DNA of 63,842 bases, filler included, from Octopus bimaculoides (Eukaryota): the NCBI RefSeq assembly GCF_001194135.2. It is 6 parts of 5 records of this genome, joined end to end, with 100 filler letters (N's around TTAATTAATTAA, not from the genome) between each part and the next. Parts side by side here need not be neighbours in the genome. Positions count along the whole stretch, not along the records: positions 5,719 to 27,017 come from NC_068985.1; 5 more parts are not named here. The stretch is one strand, 5' to 3'. Below the pieces are notes generated by a model. That model did not search any database, was not told the DNA's origin, and saw nothing but the letters and a program-made list of their open reading frames with translations. This document shows positions 12,531 through 25,659 of the stretch, one piece after another. The translations under genes were made by a program, and so were the position numbers. Position 1 is the first letter of the stretch. Every line of letters starts with the position of its first letter.

Positions 12531-13943
12531 CTCGTACGCACGCACACATGTAGGCACATACATACACACAGACTCACAAGCGCGCATGCACCTGTCCAAG
12601 GAATTTCATGCATCACACGTAATTAGCTCACTGATTTGTTGCATAAAACAGTGCAGCTATTATTTATACAGTTCGCTATTATAAATTTCATCTCATAACG
12701 GTTTCGTACAAAAAACTTTTTCCGGCGATAGAAGAATGATTCGTCAGACATAGTTGATCCAAAAAGTGTAGCTTGGGCTCTATAAAACTGGATGTCTAGA
12801 ACACCGCTTCTAGTCAACGAGTTCACCGAGAAGTTGCAAGAAAAAATCAAAAATAATAGCAGAACGAAAAGCAACGGACACACAAGCACATACACAAGCG
12901 TACATGCAAACTGGCTTTAAAATCGCCTACCTATCTTTTTTTCCCTTCACTCTCGCTATCCCACCCTTACATCTAAGCATTCCACATACATCCACACACA
13001 AACTGATAGGAAGCAGTTGCCACTGGAATGCCACATACCCACTTCACAGCCAATGTAATACAGAAACCGTCGTGTATGAAATAGAAGTGGTGTCGAAACA
13101 GCCTAGTGTAGCGACAAAAGTACTGAAATAGGTGAGAAGAAACAAGTCTCGTTTAATATCCATGAAAGGCGAGGAATTTATGCACATTGAAGAGAAACGG
13201 TGTATAATACTGCATCAAGCGGCGGACACAAGAAAACTTTTCTTTAACAGTAGTACGAAGTGCAAACTCTGCTTGTTTGGGGAAAATATCATATTGAAGA
13301 ATTCCCTTCACTTAAGCACGTTCCTAAACTTTAAAGATAAGGTGTTTTGCTTCTGCCTTCATAAGTGCAGGTATACCTTAGCAAACTGACCTACTGCATC
13401 ATAATTATACATGTTGGATCTTCACCATTGGTGTTTACCCTGACTGCAATGTGAAGAGTTAATATAAGATTTCCCATACCCAACTTTGATATACACAAGC
13501 CCATACACACAAGCTTGTACGCGACCACACACGATGTTAAAATTAACCCTTCCTCACCAGCCACGTCTTCACTTCCCCCACACATCTCCCCCACCCATCC
13601 TCATCCCAACCCGGATCCCAACCCACAACCGAATATCTTGTACACCAAATTGCTCCTTTTTAAAAAACAAAATCCCAATCAAAGGGACATAATTCCAATG
13701 ATCTAAGTATTTTTACTCCTTGCGTTTTGGCCTGAATGATTACTTCCACGAATTGCGTCCCAGTTTTTCTACAATAGCCCCAAAACCCGAGACCAAATAT
13801 GACACTTTCAAGCCGCCAATGACAAAGAGACCGTCATTCTGTTTTTTCAGCCATTTCTGATCATTACCAGAGATCGAGAGGATTCTCAGCCTCTGTATGA
13901 AACCAATTGGTAATTTGGCTTTATGAAACTATAATATTGTATC

Positions 13944-14004
<61 letters not shown>

Positions 14005-14129
14005 GCCTTTCTACTATAGGCACAAGGCCTGAAATTTTGGGGCAAGAGATAAGTCGATGACATCGACCTCAGTGTGTCACTGATACTTATTTCATCGACC
14101 CCGAAAGGATGAAAGGCAAAGTCGACCAC

Positions 14130-14183
<54 letters not shown>

Positions 14184-14737
14184 CCCTGATGCAGTACCAG
14201 GCAGTGGCTCTCATGGTTTCTGATCTTAACTGACTGGAAATAGTAACATGTACATTGTTTTATCTTGGTATAAAAGATGGGCTACAGCAAATATTCTGCT
14301 CAATACCACAAATTTGCTGGTCAGTTGCTTGATCTTAACCAGTTGAGCATGTCCCTTAGTGGCTGACGATATGTGCATCTCTGATCACGAGCAGAAGTAG
14401 TAGGGGAGCATCATAACCATGTGTTGAGAGGAATTCTTTGGAGTTTGGATAATTCACCTTTGGAAACATTAGTGTTTTGTTCATCATCCTTAATCAACCC
14501 TTATTCAGGGACCTTTTGTGCGGGATGGGCTACTCGACTTGAAGAAAATTTTAACTGAGCCCCACCTGCGAGGTCATGCGCTGTTTATCTTGATATGAGG
14601 TCACTATGTCGTGGACATATGGTTGTGATGCATGTGCCTGGTGAAACCCTTATCAGATGAGCAGTCGTCATGGGTATACTGGGTTTCGTATATTTTACCC
14701 CAGTGTCACTTTGTTGGTATGCACTGCTCTCTCAGTC
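14184..14737. mobile_element. Unclassified ~550-bp interspersed repeat embedded in (AAT)n
   Basis: Clearly homologous, in inverted orientation, to 29933-30345. No ORF or tRNA boxes recognised. Confidence 0.7.
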
Positions 14738-14786
<49 letters not shown>

Positions 14787-15639
14787 GTTTCAAATTTTGG
14801 CACAAGACCAGAACTTTAGTAATAATTTTGATGATGATGATGATGATGATGACGACGACGATGATAATCGTGGTGATGATGGAGATGGCGGTGAGGGTGG
14901 TAGTGATCATGACGATCCGACGACGACGGCGGTGGTGGTGGTGGTCGCAGCAGTGGGGATGATGGTGGTGGTGATTTTTGTGATAAATAGTGAAGGATAG
15001 TTGTAAATAGTGATGAGTAACAAAACGAGATAGGATATAAGTCAAACAAATTAATTGTCATAAAATAAGATATTTTTGCTGGTTAAAAGTTAATTACAAT
15101 AGGCTTATATCAGAAGCCTACACCCACTCCTTCCATTGTGATATTAATTATTATTAACACAGCTGATAATTAAAGATTATAATTAGAAACGTATGAGGTA
15201 TTACGCTAAAACAATTGTGTATCGGTAAATTCATCTAAATTAAGATTTTGGACAATACAAAAGATTTTGCTGGAAAATATTAACACTGAAAGACTTCTTT
15301 GTACACATATGTGATGATACTTCTTGTGTGTTAGTTCTTGGAAGAGCTGTATAGTGTTATCAGTGCGAAAATTGATCGGTTGGAAAGGACAGACTTATCA
15401 TGAGCATTGAGATTTAAAAGTTGTCATTGCATCAGCCGCTAAAACTGGGGACTGTAATTGCGTAAAAGTGAATTGTAGGTCAGTGTATTTCTTAAGGTCA
15501 CACACAGACACACACACACATGCATATATACATATACATGTATATTATATACACATACATATGTACATATACACATATACATATATACATACATACATAN
15601 NNNNNNNNNNNNNNNNNNNNNNNNNNNNNNNNNNNNNNN

Positions 15640-15685
<46 letters not shown>

Positions 15686-17039
15686 CAGACAACTAGCAAC
15701 ATTCTAAGCTAAGATTTGAGATCTAATTTACAATTTGATACATGTTCCTAGTTGCTAGGTCTATCGTTTTCGCCTGTTGCACTAAGAGGTTAATGAGAAT
15801 AAGCTGACCACTTAGACCTTTTAGAGTTATTCATGTACCAAACCTGATATAGGAGAAGAATTCTTTGTTTTTGCTTAACTTAGTATAGTAAGAAGAATAT
15901 AAAACCACAACAGCAAATTAACTCCTCTTTGGTGACTCGGCGCCTATCAAAAGTACACGTCCATCTTTCTTCTTTCTTCTTTCTGTCCAGTACTGAAGGA
16001 GAAACAGCGTTATACTTTCTGCTTACCTTAATGTTTTTTTACTCTCTCACTCTTGATGAAACTAATTATCTACAGAATGGGCTGAAGATCTAAAAATAAC
16101 TTGTGTACACAACAATTAGACGAAGTGTTATTTTCTATAATATACCATAATTCAAAAATGAATTAATATTGTTTTTATCATTCAATTATCCGATGCATCA
16201 TGACATTAAACTTTGTCGTTATATATAAATATAAACACATAGCAGCAGATGGATTGTGGTTCACTACACCAGCTTTAGGCGGGTTTTTTTTTTTGTTTTT
16301 TTTTTTTTTTGATGAATAGAATTATTACATCAGGCTGCGAAAAAGCCGTTTTCATCAGGAGAATATATGTAAGAATTAAACATTTCAAAACATCTCAATA
16401 CAGAAGCAAAATGCCATTTCGTGGTTCACCGACTACAATTCGTCCTGACCGAATCTTAGCCGGAGAGTTATGAAATGGTATTTTGCTACGGAATTGACAT
16501 GTATATATATATATAAATATATATATATATATNNNNNNNNNNNNNNNNNNNNNNNNNNNNNNNNNNNNNNNNNNNNNNNNNNNNNNNNNNNNNNNNNNNN
16601 NNNNNNNNNNNNNNNNNNNNNNNNNNNNNNNNNNNNNNNNNNNNNNNNNNNNNNNNNNNNNNNNNNNNNNNNNNNNNNNNNNNNNNNNNNNNNNNNNNNN
16701 NNNNNNNNNNNNNNNNNNNNNNNNNNNNNNNNNNNNNNNNNNNNNNNNNNNNNNNNNNNNNNNNNNNNNNNNNNNNNNNNNNNNNNNNNNNNNNNNNNNN
16801 NNNNNNNNNNNNNNNNNNNNNNNNNNNNNNNNNNNNNNNNNNNNNNNNNNNNNNNNNNNNNNNNNNNNNNNNNNNNNNNNNNNNNNNNNNNNNNNNNNNN
16901 NNNNNNNNNNNNNNNNNNNNNNNNNNNNNNNNNNNNNNNNNNNNNNNNNNNNNNNNNNNNNNNNNNNNNNNNNNNNNNNNNNNNNNNNNNNNNNNNNNNN
17001 NNNNNNNNNNNNNNNNNNNNNNNNNNNNNATATATATAT

Positions 17040-18850
17040 ATATATATAAAGTCTTTTATGTTTCGCGTTTACGATCTTCGACAGAAATGAACACAGAAGT
17101 AAACAGGGAGAGAAATTAAAAAAAGGTCGCCGGGGGGAGAGCAGATGCACGTTCCGTAGACCGTGCTCTGGCAAGGGCGGTGTGGATAGTGGTGATGGGA
17201 TATCCACGTAAGATGAAGTGGCGAGCTATGAGTTGAGACTGAGTCTCAAAGTCATGGTTGTCACTGCAGAGCCTGCGTAGACAGAGGAATTGGGAATAGG
17301 GGATGGAAAGCTTGGTGTGTTTAGGGTGGGAGGAGGAAGAATTGAGGTATGAGTATGAGTCTGTGTGTTGTAGTGAATGGAGGTGGTGAGAGTGGAGTGA
17401 TGAATGCTGACCGAAATGTCGAAAAAGGCGACTGGCCAGGAGTTGGCGTCCAACGGATGGTCGGCGGCCCAGGTCGGTGAAGCAGTCCTCCCCATTAGAT
17501 GCAGGTGGAGTGTCGCAGAAAAGCGCACACAACCTAACGCGGCGCACAAAGCTGTAGATATCGACACGAGTTCGAAATTCGTTGCTGGATGGAGTGAGGG
17601 GGATGAAGCAAAGAACCCTAATGAGGAGGGAGCACTCCGCTTCAGAGACGGGAAGATCTGGAGGAATGGTAACAATAGACTGAAGTGGAGAAGGGGTGGA
17701 TGGGACAGAAGTAGGGTGTGGTTGGGGTGGAAGGCTGGGAGTGAGGGGATGAGGAGTATGTGAGTGGGGGTTGGGAGGGGCGGTGGTNNNNNNNNNNNNN
17801 NNNNNNNNNNNNNNNNNNNNNNNNNNNNNNNNNNNNNNNNNNNNNNNNNNNNNNNNNNNNNNNNNNNNNNNNNNNNNNNNNNNNNNNNNNNNNNNNNNNN
17901 NNNNNNNNNNNNNNNNNNNNNNNNNNNNNNNNNNNNNNNNNNNNNNNNNNNNNNNNNNNNNNNNNNNNNNNNNNNNNNNNNNNNNNNNNNNNNNNNNNNN
18001 NNNNNNNNNNNNNNNNNNNNNNNNNNNNNNNNNNNNNNNNNNNNNNNNNNNNNNNNNNNNNNNNNNGAGCGAGAAATTGATGAAAGAGATGATTTAAATG
18101 AATTATGTAACGTAGTATTAGCATGGGAGGGCGACAGAGAGGAGAAGATGGAAAATGCAAGAGGGATAAGGCGGTCGATGGTGCGTACTTTGGAGAGATT
18201 AGAACGAATGGTGGCGCGCATAAGGCGGTAGGATGTAGTACGGAGTATGGGTAGGATGGTTGAAGCAGAGTGGAGAGTGGAGAGTGGAGAGTGGAGAGTG
18301 GAGTGGAAATGGAGGCGGAAACCTTTAGGGATGAGGCGGTGATGAAGGCAGCAACTGAGAAAGAAAAGGTGGCTGGAGAAGCGTGTTTTTTAAAAATTAG
18401 TAGCGAAAGATTAATAGAAGGTTGAAAGCAGCGAAAAGGAAGTGTGGAAAGGTGACTTTTTAGGCGGTGGTGAAGGTGGAGGAGGAAAGGTTTATAATCG
18501 GACATGATTGAAAAACGAGAAGAAAAGAGAAAGAAAGGAGAAAAAAGAAGAAAAGGAGGAGAGAGAAAGGCAAATAAAGACGTGAGGAGGAAAAATTCAA
18601 AAGGTGTGGGGAGAAAAGATGCAAAAGGCGTGAGGAGAAAAACACAAAAGGTGGGAGGAGAAGAAAATATAAAAACAAGGAGAGAAAGAAGGAGAAAGAA
18701 GGAAGAAAACAAGAGAAAGAGGAAGAAAGGGAGAAGAGAAGGCAAAAGGGAAAAAGAAAGGTAAGGAGAGAGAGGCAAGGTAACAAGTGCGGGTTGAGAG
18801 AAACGACAATAGGAAAAAGTACAAAGTACAAATAAGTTTAGAAAAGTTCA
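17040..18850 (-). mobile_element. Penelope-like element remnant (N-terminal part and RT C-terminus) with a degenerate hammerhead-like pLTR
   Basis: Minus-strand SYLNSSSSHPKHTKLSIPYSQFLCLRRLCSD...RGYP is the PLE RT thumb motif. A decayed TCGAAGA..CGCGAAAC lies at 17051-17083 on the same strand. The RT core is not visible (gap or deletion). Confidence 0.75.
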
Positions 18851-19899
18851 AAAGGTTGAATGGTTGAACCTCAGTGGCTAACCGACAACTCTACCAAGCC
18901 TGCTTGGTGAGTAGGGTGTTTTGTTGGACACCCTGCTGGACGAAAAGCAACACCCGTCAAAAGATTGGATCAATTCAGTTGAGCCAACGTCCATCCAGTT
19001 ACGTGATATGTGTGTGTGTGTATGTGTGTGCGTGCGTGTGTGTACGTGTGTGTGTGGGGGGGGCGTGAGGACTTCCATATATCAGATTAGTTGCTAGGTG
19101 CACATTTAACCTACCAGGACATGTTGGACTCTACAAAGCCAAAAGATGGAGGACTCTAATAGAAAAGCCTGAGGTATGTGGCACATAGAGTTTGTGGCAA
19201 AATGTTTTTCACCAACTTTCTTCTCTCAGCGTTTTCGAAAAACACTACTGGCCTTTACCGTTCAAAAACAAATCTTCAGATGATTTATTTTCCAAGTAAC
19301 GGCTTATAATATTGGCTGTTACAACCTCACACGGCGAAGCCGACTGCAGGTACTGATCTCATAAGTGTCGAAAGCTTAGTCTTCGTACTTCTGTCCATTG
19401 TTCTCGGAATCTGCGCTCAGAATTTATTAATGTTACCTGTCAAATTCGCCACTAACTTAGGTGAGACATAGTTCAATTTAGAAAGCTCATTCAGCTACAT
19501 TATTATTGACCTAGTTCAACTTTAGGGCAACTACAATTTCGAATTACCTGTAGAAAGACAGGTAACTTTTGTCAGCAACTTTTAAAGTTAACTTCATTTT
19601 CTTCCTCTTTTTCCCTCCCCTTCCCCCCTTCTCACTCCCTCCCCCTTCTCTCTCCCTCTCTCTCTCTTCCTTTGCCACTTGCCAACTAATTTGTCAATTA
19701 CACACATACATGCATCCTAGTATTTGTGCCTGTGTGAGTTGTTTCCCGGTCTTATCAACCCCAGACTATAACTCCCATCATTGTGTCAGTTTGACGCTGC
19801 ACTTAGCGACGGTTCACAATGTTTTCATTTGCTATTAAACTCGCTTCCCAGCTTTGCTTGACTAGATCTGTTAATACTGCCCCCAATTTTCTTGTAGAC

Positions 19900-20083
19900 C
19901 AAGAGTCCCCAAACTTTTTAGACCATCGACCCCTTCATGGAATCCTTGACTCTTCATCGGCCTCTTGGCATGTACAAGAAAATAAATAAATAATATAATA
20001 ATTAAGTAGATGTGCATTTATCAACCCCTTGAATAATCCCATCGACCCCCAGAGGTCAATATCGACCACTTTGGAGATCACTG
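19900..20083. mobile_element. Decayed hAT-Charlie-type MITE
   Basis: Degenerate TIRs caagagtccccaaact and rc cagtgatctccaaagt; 8-bp flanks ttgtagac/tcctagac with central TA. Confidence 0.6.
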
Positions 20084-21631
20084 TCCTAGACTGTGCTTTC
20101 TGCACCCTTGCTTTCAATCATTTATCTTCTTTCCTCTACACGACCTCGCTCTGGTCACGATGTGTATTCAAGAAATTCACATGGCTCAGCGCATCCAGCA
20201 TATCTTTTGCAATTTGTCATCATACTTGCTTTACCCATAGAAATTGCTTACGACCACAGAGCCAGACAAACTTGATCTCTGTATTTCCTTTAAGACACCT
20301 ACCCCAAAATCCATTACTTATTGCCAAAAATCTTCTTGCAATACCATATATTAAGAATAGTAGTGTAATATTCAGATGCACTTGAATGTGCAATCTTCTG
20401 ATTACGTAATCTGGCGTTGCATCACATCCAGACCAACTCAAACCTGCACTCAAACCAATTCTGTACGCTAATCAAATCTCTGCATTCTACAGCGAAACTG
20501 ATATTGCACACTATTCAGACCCACTTGTATATGCTCTAATATTCATATATACATCACTTCAGCTTCTTTCTCTTAATAGCTAAGATATTTTTTGCCTTCA
20601 TGTCCATCTGTACACTTTCCATACCTTCTCTGATCGAACGCCAATTTCCTTTTTTTTTTTTTTTCGTTTTTCTTTTTCTTTTTTTTTTCTTTTTCTTTTT
20701 TTGCCTTACCCTGTTATTTGTATTCCCATGAAATTTATGATAGCACGTATATAACCTACCGCAAAAACTGACACCTTGCAATTTCTTCTCACAGTTTCAT
20801 CGCATTCACTACTATTGCCTTGCATTTAAAGTTTTACTACATACATTTCATGCAAGCAATTTGTGCCCAGGTAAGTAATTATAACGTTATTTTCAAGCTT
20901 AAAACAAAATGACTTTTCTCATCAAGAGAGTATCATAAACGATTCGAAACACACAGTCTTAGGTAACGTGAGAATGTCAATAATGAGGTCCGTTATTGGA
21001 TTAAAGGTTCTACATTCTTAAGAAGACAATTAAATCAAAATCAATGAAATCGACCAAGTCCTTAACTGGAACTAATATCATCAGTCACAGTTGATACAAA
21101 AAGAACAAAAAAAATCTAAGTCAGTTTCATTACGACTTGAACTTAGAATATGAAGGGACGTAAATACCACAAGGCATTTAGAGATCAGCCGCTTTGACGA
21201 GATCGAATACTCGTTATCGAGACTGGTCGAGATCTACCATCCCCTTTTTAAGACGACAGGGTATGGTTTCATGGAGATTTGACTGCTATTTCTAAAATAT
21301 GAAGGTACTGAGTAGAAGGCCCCTCGTTAATTTGTTTATATCTTGTTTATTATTATTCATTGTTATGATTTTTTTTTTGTCAGATTTAAACCTGAAACCC
21401 AATATCAAGGACAAAGCAACACGCACTAAAAGCATTAACTGAAATATGAGAAAATGTTAACTTGAATAATCATTCTTTCTTTCTCTCTTTCCTCTCTTTC
21501 TCTTTTTTCTCTCTTTCTCTCACTTTCTTTTTCTCCTTCTCTCTCTTTCTTTCTCTTTTGCTCTTCTCTTTCACTTTATCTCCCTCTTTCTTTGTCTCAC
21601 TACAATAAATATTTGAAACAAAAGGAAGCAA

Positions 21632-22710
21632 AGAAGGCGTGGTTCTGTGGTAAGAAGTTTGCTTCGTAACCACTTGGTTCTGGGTTCAGTCCCACTGCGT
21701 GGCACCTTGGACAAGTGTCTTCTATAGCTTCCGACCGACCAAAGCTTTGCGATTTGATTTGGTTGACGGAAACTGAAAGGAAACCGTCGCAGATATATAC
21801 ATACAGAGTGCGGTGAATATATTGTCGTCTAAATTACGCAAAAATGAAATAACACTGACATCTCATTTTAACAGATATATTTATCAAAATTACATAAAAA
21901 TATCTTGAAACACTAGAGAGTAAATTTATTCTATAGAATCGCCATTGGCTTCAACCACGGCCTCCGGACAACTTCGAAATTTCCTGCAACTCTTCTCGAC
22001 GGTCTCCTTGTTTAAGTTGGTGAATGCTACCATAATTCTTGCCTTCAGTTCATCTTTGGTGTTACAAGGAGTTGTATTGGTCTCTCGCTCAACTGCGCCC
22101 CACACATAATAATTAGGTGGGGGGTTGCAGTCTGGGGAGTTAGGTGGCCAGATGTTAGGGGCAATGTCGTCGAAGAAATTGTTTGATAGTCATGACTGGG
22201 TTCTGCTTGTGTGGCATGGGGCAGAGTCCTGTTGCCAGAGATAGGGTCGTCCAGTAGCCACCCTCTTCACACAGGGGAGCACTACCTCCTCAAGGCATTT
22301 GATGTAAGCCTCCGTATTGAATCTAAGGCCGTGTGGGAAGATGACTGGAGGCTTAACGTCGCCATCACTCCAAACATCATGATGTTGATTGGATGTTTGA
22401 ATTTTATCACTCTCGGTACGTGTTTTGGGGACACGGCAAGCCAACGGTTGTTCTGCGTGTTCAGCATCTGTTCGTTTCCAAATTTCTGGCAGAGCAAATT
22501 GCATCATGATGCTGTTTTTCTCACAGACGATGCCCAACTGACCCCCCTATACTGTGAAGTTGACAAAATCAAAGCCAAAAAAGCGCATGCGCGAAATTAT
22601 AAATATCAAATGGCGACAATTTATTCATCGCACCATATGTGTGGGGCGGGGGCGTGTATCTTGGTGTTTATGTCTTCCACCGCCGCTTGACAACTGGTGT
22701 TGGTATGTTT
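21632..22710 (+). mobile_element. Family A SINE, split by the DD37D transposon and truncated by an inverted repeat
   Basis: Head at 21632-21800; tail start ccgcttgacaactggtgttggt at about 22682-22707. Confidence 0.75.
21804..22638 (-). mobile_element. Internally deleted DD37D (maT-type) Tc1/mariner transposon
   Basis: Minus strand has QQDSAPCH...WPPNSPDCNP..YYVW. TIRs cagagtgcggtgaatatattgtcg and rc ggtgcgatgaataaattgtcg. Sits in the TA-rich middle of a SINE. Confidence 0.85.
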
Positions 22711-23169
22711 TTGAAAAGTTTGAGAACCATTGATCAAAGACCCAATCGTGGGTTTGCAGAGCTAAAGCCCGTGCGCTAAAACATGAGGAAACTAAAGCCG
22801 TCTGATGGGTCCGAATGGTGGCGACGTGGCAGCAAACCCATGATTGGGTCTTTGATCAGTGGTTCTCAAACTTTTCAAAAAATTTTACGTGCCGGTCCCC
22901 TTACACATTTTTCGATGGTTTGCCGTCCCCTATAAAATTCAGGATGATTAACATGGAAAAAATGACATATATTCGTGTACTGAAATTTCTGAACTATGAG
23001 CCGGGCTAAGAATAGGTGTCTGGCAAAGGGCAAAGTCATGCGGGAACATGCACCGGAAGGATAATAACAGCGAGAGACATGTAAACGTGTGGATTGCAAT
23101 AGTGGAGTGGTGAATCATGTGAGCGTAGAATACTGACAGCACATGCACGACCAACCGTAATACCCGCAT

Positions 23170-24612
23170 ATTTTCCATCGGCCAGTCACACCTGTTGTAC
23201 AAGTGTATTTAGCAAATGAGCGTGTAGGAGAGGCGTGAGATTTTGAGGTCAACGACAAAAAAGGATGATAGCACGCGAAAAATTGAATGTCTTGAAATGG
23301 GCAGAGAGGAAACTGTCCTTGAAAGGTCGGGCAGAGTTGGCGAATGCCTGCATCGCCTTTATCATCATTTATTGTCTGACCGTCATGCCTTACCCTAGTT
23401 ATTGCTTGATCAAGTTGGAGCGTCTCTTGTTCACTATCTTGTGGAAAGGACGCGTACTAATGATCAGGCGGTTAGTCTGCTGCCAGTTCCCTCTGCGTGG
23501 CGGCTTAAGCATGCCGTGGATTTTGATACGCAAACCCACACTTAGGTTGCGCTACCTGCAACGATTTCTAGACGGTAAATGTGTGTGGGCTCCGTCTGTG
23601 AAGCACGTCTTTTTGAAGGAGCTGCAGTCCTGGGTGAAGGATAGACGAAGACTGGGCGCTTGGCACCCAGAATGTCGTCAGGTGCTGCCTGTCCTCTACC
23701 AGTCGGGCAATAGGATCGGTGGATCTTCCATTTTAGCTATATATAGAGGTATAGTGGAGGGGAAGTGCGACGACGTCCTCGAGGAGACTCTGGGCGTCGA
23801 CGAACACAAACCGGCTAGTCTGTTCCGGAGGAATTTTCGGTCGGGGATTATTATGAATAATTTTCAAGTGTCTTTGACTCGGTAGTGCTACCGGAGGTCG
23901 CTACTGGTTCGAGATAAACTCTCCAGGCATGGCTGTGTTGTCGGACGTTCATTGTCCGGGCATTGCTGACGAGTGGAGTTATGTCGAACAACTGCTGTCG
24001 CGTGTGAGATGGATCCGTCTGTCGTCCGAGTCCATAATGACGATTGCTCCGCCATCTTACTTTTATCGGGTAGGCAAGGCAGTTTTCCTTTGTTTAGTGG
24101 CTGTGGCGAAAGAAGTTGTCTGGTGGACAAGGCTGAAAGGAATGAGGATAGAAACATTCCTCTTAGGAAAAGCCTTCATCGACTTTTTCAAGTTTCACTT
24201 GAAAAAGAAAGTGGGGGTGGAGAGGGAGTTGCTGTCCTCGAGTGAATTTATCAAAGGTGGGTGGAAGTTGCAAAACTAGCAAGAGTGGATGGTACTACTC
24301 TCAGTGTAGACCTGTGAGTCGGAGGAAAGGAGTTGGAGAGGGCACTCATCCTTGGTATTCAGAGTGATCTTGGATGGTGGGGTTCCTCGATTATCCCTAG
24401 AGGTCAACCTGTATCAGGAGGAGCCCATCACTATCACTTTTTTCCTTCTTTTAATGCCATATACTATGTATACTTCCCTTCTTTTAATGTATATCGTGTA
24501 TATTTTTTAAATTTATTTTTATTTATCATTTCATCATATGTAAACCCTCACACTTTATTTCTGTCTTTGTATCGTCCCCCTCATCTTTCGCCCTGGTGGC
24601 AAATAAAAGAAA
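23170..24612 (+). mobile_element. 3' part of an L1/Tx1-clade LINE ORF2 with 3' UTR
   Basis: W..RKLSLKGRAELAN...LLF.ILWKG...P..GGL.MP post-RT motif, then a decayed zinc-finger region (HCP...W), AATAAA and a microsatellite tail. Confidence 0.8.
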
Positions 24613-24636
24613 TCATCATCATCATCATCATCATTA

Positions 24637-24690
<54 letters not shown>

Positions 24691-24774
24691 CTTTTCTTCT
24701 TCTTCTTCTTCTCATCATCATCATCATCATCATCATCACCATCCTCCTCCTCCTCCTCCTCCTCATCATCATCA

Positions 24775-24812
<38 letters not shown>

Positions 24813-24822
24813 GTTATTGTTA

Positions 24823-24899
<77 letters not shown>
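24612..24899. repeat. Compound trinucleotide microsatellite (ATC/ATT/CTT/CCT)
   Basis: Seen directly. Similar tracts at 13945-14002, 14737-14960, 39620-39925, 59268-59510 and 61040-61235. Confidence 0.95.
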
Positions 24900-25478
24900 N
24901 NNNNNNNNNNNNNNNNNNNNNNNNNNNNNNNNNNNNNNNNNNNNNNNNNNNNNNNNNNNNNNNNNNNNNNNNNNNNNNNNNNNNNNNNNNNNNNNNNNNN
25001 NNNNNNNNNNNNNNNNNNNNNNNNNNNNNNNNNNNNNNNNNNNNNNNNNNNNNNNNNNNNNNNNNNNNNNNNNNNNNNNNNNNNNNNNNNNNNNNNNNNN
25101 NNNNNNNNNNNNNNNNNNNNNNNNNNNNNNNNNNNNNNNNNNNNNNNNNNNNNNNNNNNNNNNNNNNNNNNNNNNNNNNNNNNNNNNNNNNNNNNNNNNN
25201 NNNNNNNNNNNNNNNNNNNNNNNNNNTGAAAATTGAGTCGATACAATCGACTCATCCCCTCACCCAAAATTGTTGTCCTTGTAGCAAAATTTGAAACCAT
25301 TATCATTTTTATTATTATGAACGCGGCGAGCTGGCAGAATGGTTAGCACACCGAGGAAAATTCTTAGCGGTATTTCGTCACTCTTTACATTCTGAGTTCA
25401 AATTCTGCCTAGGTCGACTTTGCCTTTCATATTTTCGGGGTCGATAAAATGAGTACCACTTGAGCACTGGTCGATGTA

Positions 25479-25534
<56 letters not shown>

Positions 25535-25659
25535 GTATGGTTTTCGGGTTAAATTTGACAATTGGTATAAAAGGAAAAGAACATAATATCCCATCCAAAA
25601 CTAAAAGTATTTTTAAAAATTCAAAAAATTTCAATTAGTTTTTGGCTAGGAAATGACAG

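Noticed and set aside
12623-12895. SDESFFYRRKK as a transposase catalytic motif
   Set aside because: No second or third catalytic motif and no TIRs.
15320-15380. LVLGRAV*CYQC, resembling the start of a Ly6/three-finger protein
   Set aside because: Too short, interrupted by stops, and no further Cys pattern.
16330-16365. CTGATGA on the minus strand as a possible hammerhead
   Set aside because: No stem II or GAAA follows.
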